From assembly GCF_009914755.1 (NCBI RefSeq), contig NC_060925.1: a stretch of 64,000 nt of DNA; one strand, written 5' to 3'. The translations under genes were made by a program, and so were the position numbers. How positions within the stretch are numbered: position 1 is the first letter of the stretch; every line of letters starts with the position of its first letter. The notes under the pieces were generated by a model. The model made no database searches. It was not told where the DNA came from and saw only the letters and a program-made list of their open reading frames with translations. The DNA comes from the human T2T-CHM13v2.0 reference genome, Homo sapiens. Positions 16,470 through 32,377 of the stretch are shown here, piece after piece.

Positions 16470-18100
16470 ACAATAACAACAACAAAACAAAACAAAAAAC
16501 ATGGTAGCAGTTTTATTTTCAGAGATATGGTAGATAAGATATCCTGAAGCAATACTTTATACCTCAAAACACTCACAAAGACAGAGCAAAATATACCAAA
16601 TATTCTTTTAAGTTTATAGCTGAACTCACAATTAAAACAAAAAAGTCCAGGAGCCAAAAAGACAAAGAGAAAACTAAAAATAAGGATTGGCCCTAGTGAC
16701 CCTGAGCCGTTGTCAATCTCATAGGGATTTGAATTAAAGCAACCATACAGGGACATAAGATAAGGCCTTGGGCTAAATTTTTTTAAAAAGAGAGAGAACA
16801 AAGTAACACACATCAGTATGGGGTTCCTAAAGAGGTACTCCCTCTGTAAAGAGAAAAAAAATCCACCCCCTGGAAAAGGAAAATGAAAAGTACAATTGTA
16901 TGTTTTATCCTGGGGTGCAGCTCCCATAGCCAGCAACTACCCTCATGTAAGTTTGGATTCTATTAACTTACTATACTTCTAACCAAGAAAATAATACAAA
17001 ATGAGATGGCTTTAAAAAATTCAAATGTATCAATCACAATAAATGTCAATGTACTAAATAAACCTAAATAAATTTTAAGTTTTAGTATAAAAATAAAATC
17101 CAGCTACAAGAAAAACGCCTAGAAGATAGGGAAACTAAAATATTGGAAACAAAGGGATAAAAATATATACCACACAGTGATAAGTAAAATAAACCTGAAG
17201 TAGCTATATTCATATTAGGCAAAATATATTTTAAGTCAAGAAATAGAGTCACTAGCAAAGTGAGAAAGAAATTTGTCACTAGCAAGTGACAAATTCATCA
17301 AGGAACTATAACAATCTTAAATTGTTCTATGAAAGTTATAGCACAATTTCACAATATATTTTAAAAACTGATAATTACAAGGAGAAAAATCACAAATCCA
17401 GACTCAGTGGATGATTTAAACTTATTTCTATCAGAAATGATAGTTCAAGCAGACAAGAAATAATTAGAAATACAGACTATTAGAAGAATACAACTAACAA
17501 CGTTGCATAGTGTACATATTTAAAATACCAAATTAGTAGATCAAATAAATCATAATGGAAATCAGAAAATATTTAGAACTGAAAGATAATGAAACAATTA
17601 TATGTGGAAATCTGTGAGAGGCAGCTAATGAGAATATAATGCTAAATGCTTATATAGAAGGAAAGTGAAAATTATCTAAATATTGACTTAAGAGACTTTA
17701 AAAGGTATAATAAATAAGTCCAGGGAAAGTAGGCTAAGCAGAAAAGGTAAGGACAGACATTTATACAATAGAAACAAGAAGTACCATACATAACAACTAC
17801 AAAGCCCTTTCTTTTGAAAAACAAATGGGCAAAATACTGGTAAAATTGATCATGGAAAAAAAACAGAAGTCACAAATCAAAAATACTAGTCACAATTCAG
17901 AAATGCAGAATACTAGTGGGCAAAAGAGGATATAGTAGAGATACAGCAGAAATTTAAGACAAAATAAAAGAATAACATGAAAATCTTTATTGTATTAAAT
18001 TCAAAAACTTGGACGAAGTGAAAGTTTTTCTAGAAAAATAAGTATTAGCAAAAATGGCTCAAGAAGATGTAAACTAAGAATCTATGATAATTTTAGAAAC
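16470..18100 (+). mobile_element. Highly diverged L1M fragments
   Basis: A-rich, with recognisable ORF2 endonuclease-region remnants (aaatgtcaatgtactaaat, ttagaactgaaagataatgaaac). Confidence 0.6.
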
Positions 18101-18476
18101 TTGTATCAGTAATACAATTATATCAGCAATATACTGATACTGATTGAGTTATTTGTTCAAAATGCTTGCAGCATCTCTTTACCAATCCCACCTGGTAGCG
18201 GAGCCTCTGTTCCTTCTTATTGATGGTATGCTTGACTACATGACTTGCTCTGACCATTGGTATATGACCAGAAGTGATACATACCATGTCAGAGAAATAA
18301 CTTTATTTCACCTTTCCTTGTTTTATTTTTCTCTTTTCACCTTTGACTTATACCACTTAAGTGTGTCCAGTGTTCAGAACTGAATAAAATTCTGATTTCC
18401 TGCCCGTGTCTATACTGAGATCCTCTTAGCCAAAGTGTCTTACATCTAAATCTTCCTTTGCTTAGAATAATTTATG

Positions 18477-19480
18477 TTTTCTTAATCCAGTCTATCATTG
18501 TTGGACATTTGGATTGGTTCCAAGTCTTTGCTATTGTGAATAATGCCGCAATAAACATACGTGTGCATGTGTCTTTATGGCAGCGTGATTTATAGTCCTT
18601 GGGGTATATACCCAGTAATGGGATGGCTGGGTCAAATGGTATTTCTAGTTCTAGATCCCTGAGGAATCGCCACACTGACTTCCACAATGGTTGAACTAGT
18701 TTACAGTCCCACAACAGTGTAAAAGTATTCCTATTTCTCCACATCCTCTCCAGCACCTGTTGTTTCCTGACTTTTTAATGATTGCCATTCTAACTGGTGT
18801 TAGATGGTATCTCATTGTGGTTTTGATTTGCATTTCTCTGATGGCCAGTGATGGTGAGCATTTTTTCGTGTGTTTTTTGGCTGCATAAATGTCTTCTTTT
18901 GAGAAGTGTCTGTTCATGTTCTTCGCCCACTTTTTGATGGGGTTGTTTGTTTTTTTCTTGTAAATTTGTTTGAGTTCATTGTAGATTCTGGATATTAGCC
19001 CTTTGTCAGATGAGTAGGTTGCGAAAATTTTCTCCCATTTTGTAGGTTGCCTGTTCACTCTGATGGTAGTTTCTTTTGCTGTGCAGAAGCTCAATGTGGC
19101 ACATATACACCATGGAATACTATGCAGCCATAAAAAATGATGAGTTCATGTCCTTTGTAGGGACACGGATGAAACTGGAAATCATCATTCTCAGTAAACT
19201 ATCGCAAGGACAAAAAACCAAACACCGTATGTTCTCACTCATAGGTGGGAATTGAACAATGAGAACACATGGACAAAGGAAGGGGAACATCACACTCTGG
19301 GGACTGTTGTGGGGTGGGGGTAGGGGGGAGGGATAGCATTAGGAGATATACCTAATGCTAAATGACGAGTTAATGGGTGCAGCACACCAGCATGGCACAT
19401 GTATACATATGTAACTAACCTGCACATTGTGCACATGTACCCTAAAACTTAAAGTATAATAATAATGATAAAATAAAAAA
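18477..19480 (+). mobile_element. L1PA3-like LINE with 5' inversion (18477-19092 antisense, 19093-19480 sense)
   Basis: Minus-strand ORF2 ORFs 18472-19094, then a sense 3' UTR. 16-bp TSD aataat(t/c)atgttttc at 18466-18481 and 19480-19495. Confidence 0.95.
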
Positions 19481-20304
19481 ATAATTCATGTTTTCCAGTT
19501 TCACCAGCAGCTACTGTCATAACCAATGCAGTCGTCACTGAATATTTCCACAGCGAAAAAAATATCTATGTATCAAAGAAAGACACTGACTCTCATGCAA
19601 ATGCTTAAATATGTTTCTCCTTCTCTGCCATTCTCTACACTGATATTACCAGCTTAAATCCACTATTACTATGCTTCTCCTCTTACAATAGTTAATTCCT
19701 CAGCAATTCACAATATAGCTTTCTTCTCATCAGTTGGGCAGCTGTGTACCACACCCTGCCATTAATTTTTATAAGTTATGGGTGTTGGTTTTCCATTTGC
19801 TATTACACATGATTTTCTAATGCTGACACTGGTTTTCTCATGCTGATTTATTCTTCTTATTTGTTAAAAGCAGGACAAAAATCATTCAAGGAGAAAATAA
19901 TAGAAGGCTGTAATTTCAGTTTGAGTCACAGACAAGTAAAAACTAAAGTTAGAAAGCAAAGGCACACACTCTATTTTTCCATGAAATTTATTTCCCAAGT
20001 CAAAGCCAGAGTCCAAATCACTAGGATTCTGCCCATCTTTAATGAAGGAGGAAAAAAGTTCCACAATGAAGACAGAACAGAGCTGAAAAGCATCTTATGG
20101 TCTTGAATAGAGAGAAACTTATGGTGGCAAACATCAACTGGTGCCAAGCATCTGTTATTGCTGTAAAAAGGCAAGTGAAGGCTGCTTCCAGGGTCTTAGC
20201 AAACCAGAGACCCCGGCTGCCTGGAGTTCATGAAGAACACTGTTCAGGGGTCTCTGGAATTGTCTTTATGCCAGTACCATGCCACTAACACATGGACTGC
20301 TTAC

Positions 20305-20344
20305 GCAGCTTTTACTGTAATTAACTCTTCGGTGAACAATTTAT
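20305..20344 (-). pseudogene. Candidate exon (40 nt, DKLFTEELITVKAA)
   Basis: tttttccatttctgaccag|ATAAA...GCTGC|gtaagc. Joins in an open frame to 20710-20739. Confidence 0.35.
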
Positions 20345-20709
20345 CTGGTCAGAAATGGAAAAACTACATTTTTAACAATCTTATGAGTATATATTCTTGG
20401 ACTTGAAAAGTAGAAATCCCTTAAACTGAAGATTCCACATATTTTAAACAAAACTAATTTCTGGAATGGCCTTCTACTGCAAGGAAGCCATGAAACCTAT
20501 ATCGTTCCATCACCTTTGTAAAAATGTCCTTCATAGCTTTATTCTGTAAACATGAGTGTCCATTTCCTGTTCCACTGGTGACAGATTCCACTATCTCTCC
20601 CCCATTCTAAGTGGAACTATACAGTTTGATCCATGGGGCTCCTCACCCTCATCTTACCCTCACCAAGGGATGGCTACAGTAAGAAAATTAAGTCAACCAA
20701 GCGCTTTAC

Positions 20710-20739
20710 CTCTGGAATCTAAATTGGGAGCCAAGTCAC
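20710..20739 (-). pseudogene. Candidate micro-exon (30 nt, GDLAPNLDSR)
   Basis: ctaccttacag|GTGAC...CAGAG|gtaaag. Confidence 0.35.
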
Positions 20740-20807
20740 CTGTAAGGTAGTATCACAGAGGGACAATTTATCAATTCCTGACTTTGAAAATCACTGCAGC
20801 TACTTAC

Positions 20808-20841
20808 TTCCTCAGCCTGGTTACTCAATTTACCTTTGATT
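20808..20841 (-). pseudogene. Candidate micro-exon (34 nt, IKGKLSNQAEE)
   Basis: gtctcatag|AATC...GGAA|gtaagt. Phase matches the upstream 22711-22754 exon. Confidence 0.3.
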
Positions 20842-22300
20842 CTATGAGACATCATGCATCTTTCCAAGAAATTCACCCTGCCTCACTCTCAACTTCATCA
20901 TAACTTTTCTTAATTAGCCAGAGTTATTTTTAGTTCTTGCAACCAAATCAATTGATACAGAGACTTTGTCAAAGGTTGAGAAGAAAAAACCTCACTTGTT
21001 CACCTAAGACCATGCTGTATGCAGCACAAGGCTGGTTTTATAAGCAGGCAGAGCAGGTGGCGAGCTATGAAATGTAAATGACACACACACACAGCCAAAA
21101 ATTCTGCTCTTTAACTAGGTAACTCTACCTGAAATGCTCCCAATTTAGAATTAAGGGTGGTCCTCTTAAAATGAGCCTGTGACTTCATGGTTCTATGTCA
21201 AATTGATTGCTTACTCTAATATCTAACAAAGATAGACTTTGCTGGATAAAAACATGAGGAGACAGGAAGGTGGGACACAATGGAGGGGGCACTGAAGTGG
21301 GCAGTCTGGGACACTGATAGGTGGCATGAAGATGCCTGTTAGAAAGAGGAGTCCCAATCTGTGTCCCTGTGGCTGGTGGTGACCTCCACCCTGCCTTAGG
21401 ATCCCATCAGATGCTGCTGAAGTGCTGGCAGCCCCTAGTGATGGGGCCTCCTGTCTCCAGTCCCACCACTCCTCCTTCTCAAATTCAAATCCACCTGTTC
21501 TACAGATGTCCATGATCTATTTTGAATATAACTCTTTAGTTATTACTCACCTGCTTTATCAACCTTCACCACCTCGATTGCAGGATTTAAAAAAAAAAAA
21601 ATTCCTCAGCATGGCTTAGAAGGCCTTTCATTAGCCTACTTTTCAACCAGTTTCTTGCTGCTGTCCCAGGCTTCCTTTCCATCCAAGCTACACACCTAAA
21701 CTAGCCACTTGTCTTTTCCCACTCATGTTTCACTTGCCCTGCCTTTGTACATGGTTTCCCTCCATCCAGAATGCCCTTTTCTTACACCTCACTGGACTCA
21801 CACAATTCCCAATATAAGCTCAGTATCAACATTGCCAAGAAGACTCCCAGGATTCCTTGGTTAGGACGAGGAATCTTTTTTCCCCTCCTTAGTTGGACAA
21901 AGTACCAGCAATACTCCCCATATTCCCTAGTTAGGACATGTCGAAAAGTAGGATGATGAAAGGCCTTCTAAGCCACGCTGAGGAATTTTTTTATCCTGCA
22001 GTTGAGGTAATGAAGCATTGATAAAGCAGGTGAGTGATGACCAAATCTGTACTCAAAATAGATCCTGGGCCTCTGTAGAAAAGGTGCTCATAATATCCTG
22101 AAAATTTCATTTTAACTAAAATACAGCATACTTCAATTGTCTATGTATAACTCTACACTAACAGTGTCTTCAGGGCTGGGACTGTGTGATTTATCTCTGT
22201 ATCCCCAGCACCGAGAATATAATGGGCTTTCAATAAATGTTATTAAGTAAAACTCAGTGTTCAAAACTGAGTTTAATTTTTTTAGTAAAATTCTTCTCAT

Positions 22301-22387
22301 TCTTTATAAATATATCATCATAATAAACATATAATCATAAATATATCATTATCTTTATAAATATATCATTATCTTTATAAATATATA
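22301..22387. repeat. Short AT-rich tandem repeat (about 20-bp unit tctttataaatatatcatta)
   Basis: About 3-4 imperfect copies visible. Confidence 0.8.
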
Positions 22388-22710
22388 AACCAATCTGAAA
22401 ACTGAATCATATTTGACTCTTCTCTGTTGCTCTCTACCCTTAAGCTTTCCACAAGGTCAGTGGGCCAAACACCCTAACCAAAGAATAATGAATGTTTACA
22501 TCCCATAAGAGAAAACGCTTCACTTCTTCACCTTTTCCACACGTGTTTACCATGAGTCTGCATTACCCACAGCATTGCCTTTGTCATTGCAGTTTTCTGA
22601 TTTGAACTTTGGTTTATTAAAAATAGTAGTAAGTTATTATGGTGTCCGTTTGCTAAGGGAACCATGAAATCCTGGGTTTAGTGATAAAAGCGTTAAATGG
22701 CACCACATAC

Positions 22711-22754
22711 CTCAAAGATGGGAACATCCGCTGCAATAAAATTATCACCTCAGC
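22711..22754 (-). pseudogene. Candidate exon (44 nt, AEVIILLQRMFPSLR)
   Basis: Strong acceptor ccttgccctttcttcctag, donor GAG|gtatgt, open frame. Confidence 0.45.
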
Positions 22755-23949
22755 CTAGGAAGAAAGGGCAAGGCCTAAATTGGAGCTGGTGGGGATTACG
22801 GGGTCGGGGGAGGCTGGAGCAGCTGGTTGCATTCTACCTCAAGCACATAGTATTCAGAGTTTAAGATTAGCATGTCAGAGACCTTCTTTAAAACCACAAG
22901 CTCCTTTCACTCTTTTCAACAGCTGAGGCTTCCAGCTGAGAGACAGAATATTTGCCTATCTTAGAATATTTCCCTGCTCAGTGATTGATATGCTCTCCAT
23001 GGCTGTTGGGATATGGGGAAAAATGACTACTCTTACACTGCTAGAAGAAATGTGAATTGCTACAGTCTTCTTGGACAGCAATCTCGCAATTCCTTTTAAA
23101 ATTAGAAATACACATACCCTTTGACCTAGCAATCCGACTCCAAGGAATCCATCCCACAGAAATAAACGCACAAGTATGTAGGGAAATAACAGTGCTGATA
23201 TTCAGTGAGCACACACCCGTACAATGTACTGCCCAGCATCTGTTCTGATTGGTCTGTACCTGTGCCATACCGGTTGTTAAATATTTTTAATGCCACCTCT
23301 GGATATATAAATAAATTTTACATAAGTGAGATTTTTTTATTATGAACACTTTTTCCCTTATGAACTGTGTGTGCACACATGCCCTGCTTCCTTCCAGACT
23401 TCTGCATCCCCATTCCTCCAAGTAATCGGTGTTCTATAGTTTCGAGCTCATATAATTTACATATTAATATCCAAATTTACGTACATACAGTTTTTGGAGA
23501 CTCATTGTTCATAAAAAAAGCAGATCATATTAGAAACATTCCTCTACAACTTGCTTTTCTCTGTACATTTAGAAATCCTTCCAATTTTAAACTCTAGCTC
23601 ATTCTTTTTAAGTTCCACAGAGTACTTATTGTCTGGATATACCACAATATAATCCACCATTCTGAGATTGACAAGCATTTGCTCTATTTTTCCCCCTTTC
23701 ACCAAAAGTGCTGCAGTATACATCCTTGTGTTGCTAATCTGACAAGGAAGATGTTCCTACTACTACTAAGACTGAGCATATCTTCATATTTTTATCAGTC
23801 CTTTAAATTTTCATTTCCCTGAATTGCATTGCTCCTCTTTCTCTTGGGTTTTTGTCTTTCTAATATCAAGATGAAATAATTCTTTGCATAATTATTGTTT
23901 CTTTTTCATGTGCCCTGCAGATTTTCAAATTCATCAGTGCAATGTTATT

Positions 23950-24160
23950 AGTATATCATAATGGTTAAGAGTAATTGCACTGCTGAGCGAATTGGACAGA
24001 CAAGTCACTTAGCTTATGTGTGCCTTAGTTTCATCACTTGCAAAATGGAAATGATAATAGACCTATTTCAAAGGTTTTCGTAGGATTCAAATTATTAAGA
24101 ACTGTACCTCACAAATTGTAAGCACTTAACTATGTGTTACTATGCTTATTTTATTATTAG
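23950..24160 (+). mobile_element. MIR SINE
   Basis: MIR core gtcacttagcttatgtgtgccttagtttcatcacttgcaaaatgg. Confidence 0.7.
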
Positions 24161-24252
24161 TCCTTGGGCTGTATCAAAACTCTCTCTGTACATGGTCAAG
24201 TTTTGTAAATATTCTATGAGAATGCATAAAATGGGTGCTGAGTGTTGCTGAG

Positions 24253-24256
<4 letters not shown>

Positions 24257-24304
<48 letters not shown>
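24257..24304. repeat. (TA)n microsatellite, about 24 units
   Basis: Directly visible. Confidence 0.95.
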
Positions 24305-24308
<4 letters not shown>

Positions 24309-25339
24309 TAATTACTCAAACTTATTTGCCTTGTTCAGAGCTTTTGTATCTGCAATTTTTTTCCTATCTTATTACAGAGGATTGTGTCAAAAATCTACAA
24401 CTACCATAGTTCGTTCATCTATTTCTCCCTACAATGGTTGCATTATATATTCTGATGTTATAGTGTTAGGTACAAATATTCACAATTGTTAGTTTATCTT
24501 GCTTTATTGTTCTTTTTATTTAAATATAATTTTTTCATCTTTTGTAATTTTTTGCCTGAATTCTATTTTATCACATATTAAGATGGTTAATATCTCATCT
24601 TCTTTTGGCTAACATTCCTCTGTTATTTCTTGTATTTTTTTTCTAGTTTCTATATCCCTTACATTGTATCTTTTGGACAATGTATTGTTGAATGATTTTT
24701 TTTTAAATTTTTCTATCCAAACTAAGACTGTCCTTTAAATGTTGAGTTTAGCTCTCTAAATATATTACATTCATTGTGGTTATTATTATATTACTACTAT
24801 CAGTTCACATGTTCTTTTGGCCAGACTTTTATTTTCTTTTTCCTCTTTATTGGCTTCTAATAAAGAGGAAAGAAAAGTTGTTATTTTTTTCTCCAATGCT
24901 TTAAACTTTATGTTCTCTTTATGTTTTTACAGAGATTGTCCTCCACCCTAGACTCATACTTAAAGTTTCTCAAACTTATCACTCTCTATATATCTTCCTT
25001 TCAATTACAGAAGAACCCTGACATACTCTCATATTTTTGTGGTCTTTTCTCTCCCTTTCCCACAAGGTTGGTATTGTCTAGAATTTTAATTCCAGGTCAC
25101 ATTACAAATATCCAAGTTTGAGCCTTAATGCTTCCATTTCCCCTGGATACCAGCTGGAGATTATGGCATGCCAGCTGAGACCAGGCAACAAGGGTGCCTG
25201 CCGGGTGGCACAATAATAGGATGAAAAGAAGTAAAGTAAGTTCCTGATATGAATAGTATGTATAATGTGTATTTGCAAACACGTATGTGTGTATGTATAT
25301 GCATAACGGATTATGTATGATGTGCATAATATATAGAAC

Positions 25340-27504
25340 CAGAAGTTTTCAAAGTATGTTATTTGAACTCCTGGGGATTTCTAAAAGCCTTTCTAAGGGA
25401 ACACAGGGGCAAAACTTTTGTATAATAGTACTAAAACATAATCTGCCTTCTTCCTTGTGTTAACATTTGTGCTGTTGTGCAAAAGAAATGGTGGGAAAAT
25501 TTGTTTAGCCATCATTATATTCTTTACTGCCACACACTTGCAGTAAAACAAAAAGTGCCTGTTTTCTCTAAGATGTCTTGATTGAAACAGCAAAAATAAT
25601 TAATTTTATTTATACTCAACCCTTGCGCACATATTTTTAATATTCTGTGTGATGAAATGCAAAATGTAAAAAAGTACTTCTAGTGTGTAGGAAAGTAAAA
25701 TAGGTAAAATGGAACTCAACCTATGGCTATTTAGACTTGAGTGTTTTGCAAATCATTTCTCATAAATGAGCAAAGTCACTGTAAGTTCAAGAAAAATAAT
25801 TGACAATAGTTCTTGCCAAAGATAAAATCCAACTCTTAAACAAAATTAGAAATTTGAAAAGATAACTCCAGCTTGACCCTTTTCTAAACACTTAAAGGCT
25901 TTTCTCATCAAATTATTGATAATGTTAATGAATCTAGTTTTTTGATAATGTAAAATGCCATTTGTCAACATTTGGAAGATCCCCAAACTCAGTGAACCAA
26001 TATTTTACAAATTACCAATGCATGATATTACAAAATCAAACATGAGTTTTCAAAGTGCATAAGAGATCAATTGATTTTAATGTAACTGAGTATGAAAGGT
26101 TCATTGATATAGTTTTAGATTCCATATTGCAGCTAGCATTTAAGAACACACCACTTTTCAAATTTTGATGTATTAAAGAATAATATTTCCAGTTATCTAG
26201 AATGACTCTTAAAATACTTTTTTCCTTTCCAGATACATATGAAGCTATAGGCATGAGGCTGGATTTTCTTCACATACTTCAACTAAAGCAAAATATCGCA
26301 GATCGAATGCCGGAGAAGAATATGAGAATATATTTTGCTTCTACTAGACATTAAAAAGATTTACAAAGATGAAAACGCCATGAGATATCATCTAACCCCA
26401 GTAAATATGGCTATTATCAAAAAGGCAAAAAATAACAAATGCTGATGAGAATGTGGAAAAAAAGGAAATGCTAATACACTGTTGGTGGGAATGTAAATTG
26501 GTATAGCCACTATGGAAAACAGTATGAAGTTTCCTGAAAAAATTAAAAATAGAAATTACTATATGATTTGGGTATATATGCAAAAGAAAGGAAATAAGTA
26601 TAACAAAGAGATATATGCACTCTCATGTTAATTGCAGCACTATTCATAATAGGCAAGATGTGAAATCAACCTAAGTGTCCACTAATTAATAAATGGATAA
26701 AGAAAATAAGATATATATACACAATGGAATATTAGCCATAAAAAAGAATGAAATTCTGTCATTTGCAACAACGTAAGTGAAACTAGAATACATTCTGTTA
26801 AGTGAATAAGTTACGCATAGAAAGATAAATATGGCATATTCTCACTCATATATGGGAGCTAAAAAAGTTGATCTCATAGAAGTAAAGAGTAGAATAATGG
26901 TTGCTAGAGTCTGGGCTGAATGGGAAGGGAATGGGGGAATGAAGAAAGCTTGGTTATTGGCTCCAAAAATATAGATAGAAGGAGTAAGTTATAATGTTTG
27001 ATGTTTGATAGGACAATAGTTAGCGATAATTTATTGTATATTTCAAAGTAAGTAGAAGAGCATATTTGTAATGTTCCCAACACAAAGAAATGATAAATGT
27101 TTGAGGTTACTGATTTTGATCATTGCACACTTTATGCATATATCAAAATATTACATATACCCTATAAATATGTACAATTATGTATCCATTAAAAATATTT
27201 ACAAAAAAAATTTGCAAAAGTGTAAAATGCTGTCATTCTACTGTTTTCCAGTTATTGAAAACAGTTATTTTTCATAAAATATATTTTAACATGTAATAAG
27301 TTTATTGTCATTTTAAATAAATTAATATTTTAAATTCTCAGTTTTAATTACTAATATAATAAGTTATAGATATATTATAACCTACATGTTCTAATATATT
27401 TCCATATATAATCAGTGTGTTATAACCCATATTCACAAAAGCTATTTGGTGACATAATTAAGAATGTAAAGAGGTCTGGAGACCAAAACAATTGAGAATC
27501 CCTG
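25340..27504. mobile_element. Charlie1a/1b-like hAT DNA transposon (interrupted by L1)
   Basis: Termini cagaagttttcaaag... and ...ttgagaatccctg, with Charlie1-like internal sequence. Confidence 0.75.
26370..27212 (+). mobile_element. L1MA-type 3' end inserted into Charlie1
   Basis: ORF2 tail and 3' UTR homology with an A-rich tail. Confidence 0.8.
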
Positions 27505-28740
27505 ATATGTATAGAAATATTCTCAAATCATTGGATACAACAGTATACACATATCTATTAAATCGACATTGCATGTGAGTGTGTGTAATTGTGTAATCAT
27601 GATGTAATTCAAGTCTTCTATGTCTTTAGTAATTTTTGAAAACTAGATTCAACTAGATTCAGGAGTTCTGAAAGAGAATAACAATATATTCCAACAGCCC
27701 ACTAGTCCTTAAAGAAACAGGGTCTACCCTGTTCCCATCAGAAAAGAAAAAAAACACTACCATCAGTTGATCTGAACAGGTGTCACAGAGGCTGTGAAGG
27801 CTGAGTCATTTTTATTCAGTGTTCCATAATTGGCTTTTAACCTAGTTTTAAAAGTGCCATCTTCTGACAACTGCTCACATGTTGGCTCTTTCACAGCCTG
27901 TCCCTTCCCATGTGTAACATTCATTGCCTCTCTAGATCTATCGACAGAGACAAACCTCTTGGATGCCATTGTACATTAACAAACAGCAATTTAGCCAGTT
28001 CAACATATCACCTTTACTTTTCTACAAGGTTATAATTCTTCATTTTCAACTCTTAAAGCTACATAGCTATGTAGTAATTTGAACAGTATTCTCAAAAGAG
28101 CTAAAAAATGTAACCTTAGAACCATAGACTTTGTCATCACATACTAACAATACCTAAGAGGTCATCAAATCCTATCACTTTACATTATAGATGAAATCAT
28201 GAGACCCAGAGAAGGGGCTGAGGCAGAACTTTTTCATATTCTACTCAAAGGATTAATTTTCCTTAGTGGCTAACAGTTTGCCCTAGGTCCTTTGGAGAAT
28301 TGCCCTTCAGCCCCAGAGCCCTTGCCTTTTATAGAGAGCTTGAGGATCTTGATTGCTTAGGTTCCTCTCCAGCCCCTACCCAGCCCATCACAGCGAAGAA
28401 CTGACTGAGGTAAGGCTATAAAAATCAGGAACATTACCTCCAGGAAAATTCTTAGTTGAGCTTTAATCTCTAAATTTCTAGGGATCAGGCTGAGGCGGAG
28501 ACTTCTGAAACTGCACCCCCATTTGGCTTCTGCCCTTTTCCTATCCCGCTCCCCCAATTCCTCTCTAACCTTATCCATAAGCGCTACCATAATAGGTCAC
28601 TGGTACCTGAATACATGCCTAGGAGTTTGCTTCTGAGGAACTCACCTGGGAGAGGAGTGGATATGCCCATAATTACATTTACACCCAACAGAACCAGGCC
28701 AGTTTATGTCTTCTACCTCCTACCTCAGTACATTTCTCAC

Positions 28741-28878
28741 CTCTCCACAGATTCCTTAAAGTTAAGCTATAAAAAGTAATTCTCAGGTCTTCCAGAGTAT
28801 ATTACCCCAAACTCCCTACTTTGATATTTTGCAGAGTTGCTTCTAATCAGGTCAGTTGATGTTCTGCCATTGGCTTCT
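28741..28878 (-). pseudogene. Candidate exon (138 nt, phase 1-1, KPMAEHQLT*LEATLQNIKVGSLG*YTLEDLRITFYSLTLRNLWR)
   Basis: Acceptor ttcctttttgtgtccctcag, donor GAG|gtgaga. Phase continues from 29190-29299. Two in-frame stops. Confidence 0.45.
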
Positions 28879-29189
28879 CTGAGGGACACAAAAAGGAATC
28901 TTATAATATTTGCTACTGTTTTTGTGGTAACTAGGTGACCAAAAACAATGTCCACCACACTATCCAGTATCCCCTTTGTAAAGATCCATGTGTTAAATTT
29001 TTCTTAGACTTCAGGGTCAAAAACTTCTTTGCTTCTCTTAAGAAATTCAGTGGTCTATTTATTAAATGGCCAGGAAGAATCTTGTAATTCATATATTCTG
29101 CTATTATTTTGTAAATAGGAAGCTCAGAGACAAATTTTCAGTCCACACCCTCTAACCATTTTAAACATTGTGGCATATCTGTTACTGAC

Positions 29190-29299
29190 TTTTCCTCTGC
29201 CCTCCATGTGGAAGCATATGGAATGCTTCCATATTGTTTGTGTAGGCTTCAAAATATTTATTTATTTTCCATCTGATGATATTTAGTTTTTTTAGCTCC
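29190..29299 (-). pseudogene. Candidate exon (110 nt, phase 2-1, ELKKLNIIRWKINKYFEAYTNNMEAFHMLPHGGQRK)
   Basis: Acceptor ttttgtttcacctggttttcag, donor AAA|gtcagt. Open frame within ORF 29182-29496. Confidence 0.5.
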
Positions 29300-29589
29300 C
29301 TGAAAACCAGGTGAAACAAAATGTTAAAGAAACTTAAAAGATAACAGCAGTTCATCCTGTGGCTAGAACACAAAGTACTTTTACTTAAGGAAAATTGTTC
29401 TGCAAATACTAGTTTAAAAGTGTTATATATTGTGTCTTTCGCGCAATTTAGTAAGTTTTTGACAAAGCTTCTGCTGATTATTTTTAAATAATTCATGTAT
29501 ACAATAATTCAGTATACAAATATTATCTATATAGGATTATGTGTGAGGTGGCTCATCAGAGAGACTTTCTGTGTTTAAATCATTGCAAT

Positions 29590-31760
<2,171 letters not shown>

Positions 31761-32377
31761 TCCATGCTTTTTTAAAAGAGTGTTTCCTGTGTCATTAATG
31801 TGTATACATTTTCAATTTGTATCTATTTACTGCAATTTGTACTCATTAGGCAAAAATTCCTAGTAAATATTCCCAACATTTCTATAATACTGGTCATAAC
31901 AAGTAAAAATACTTTCATCCTCAACCATTAAGGTATTAGCCCTTTCTTTAGAGAAACACAGCTAATTGTAATTCAATTGCCAGGGGCGTTTATTCAAAGG
32001 TAAAAGAACACTTATGGAAATCATTGACTATTACTTCATACTAAGAGGTACCCCAGATAATAGTAATAATGCATACGTATTTGGCACTTACTATTATACA
32101 CTGTTGTATTCTAGGCACTTTACACATGTTAACCCATCTAATTTTCACAATGACAATATGAGGTATTATTATGACCATACACATGCAGAAACTGGGGTTC
32201 AAATAGACTAAATAATTTGCCCCATATTTTTTATTCTTTCATGGGAAGAGCGTATGAGGCAAGAAGTAAAATCACAGAAAACTTAAACTGGTTTTGGTCA
32301 TGGTCATACAAGAAAATATGAGAATTACCACCATGTAATTCATGGTTTCTGGTCCAAATTAGGACCTCTGTTCTCAC

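Noticed and set aside
27763-27969. 68-aa minus-strand ORF as an exon of the decayed gene
   Set aside because: An acceptor exists near 27937, but the open frame does not match the upstream phase and the donor is ambiguous. Left uncalled.
29206-29234. 12-bp stem-loop as a miRNA or structured RNA
   Set aside because: Too short for a pre-miRNA and compatible with chance.
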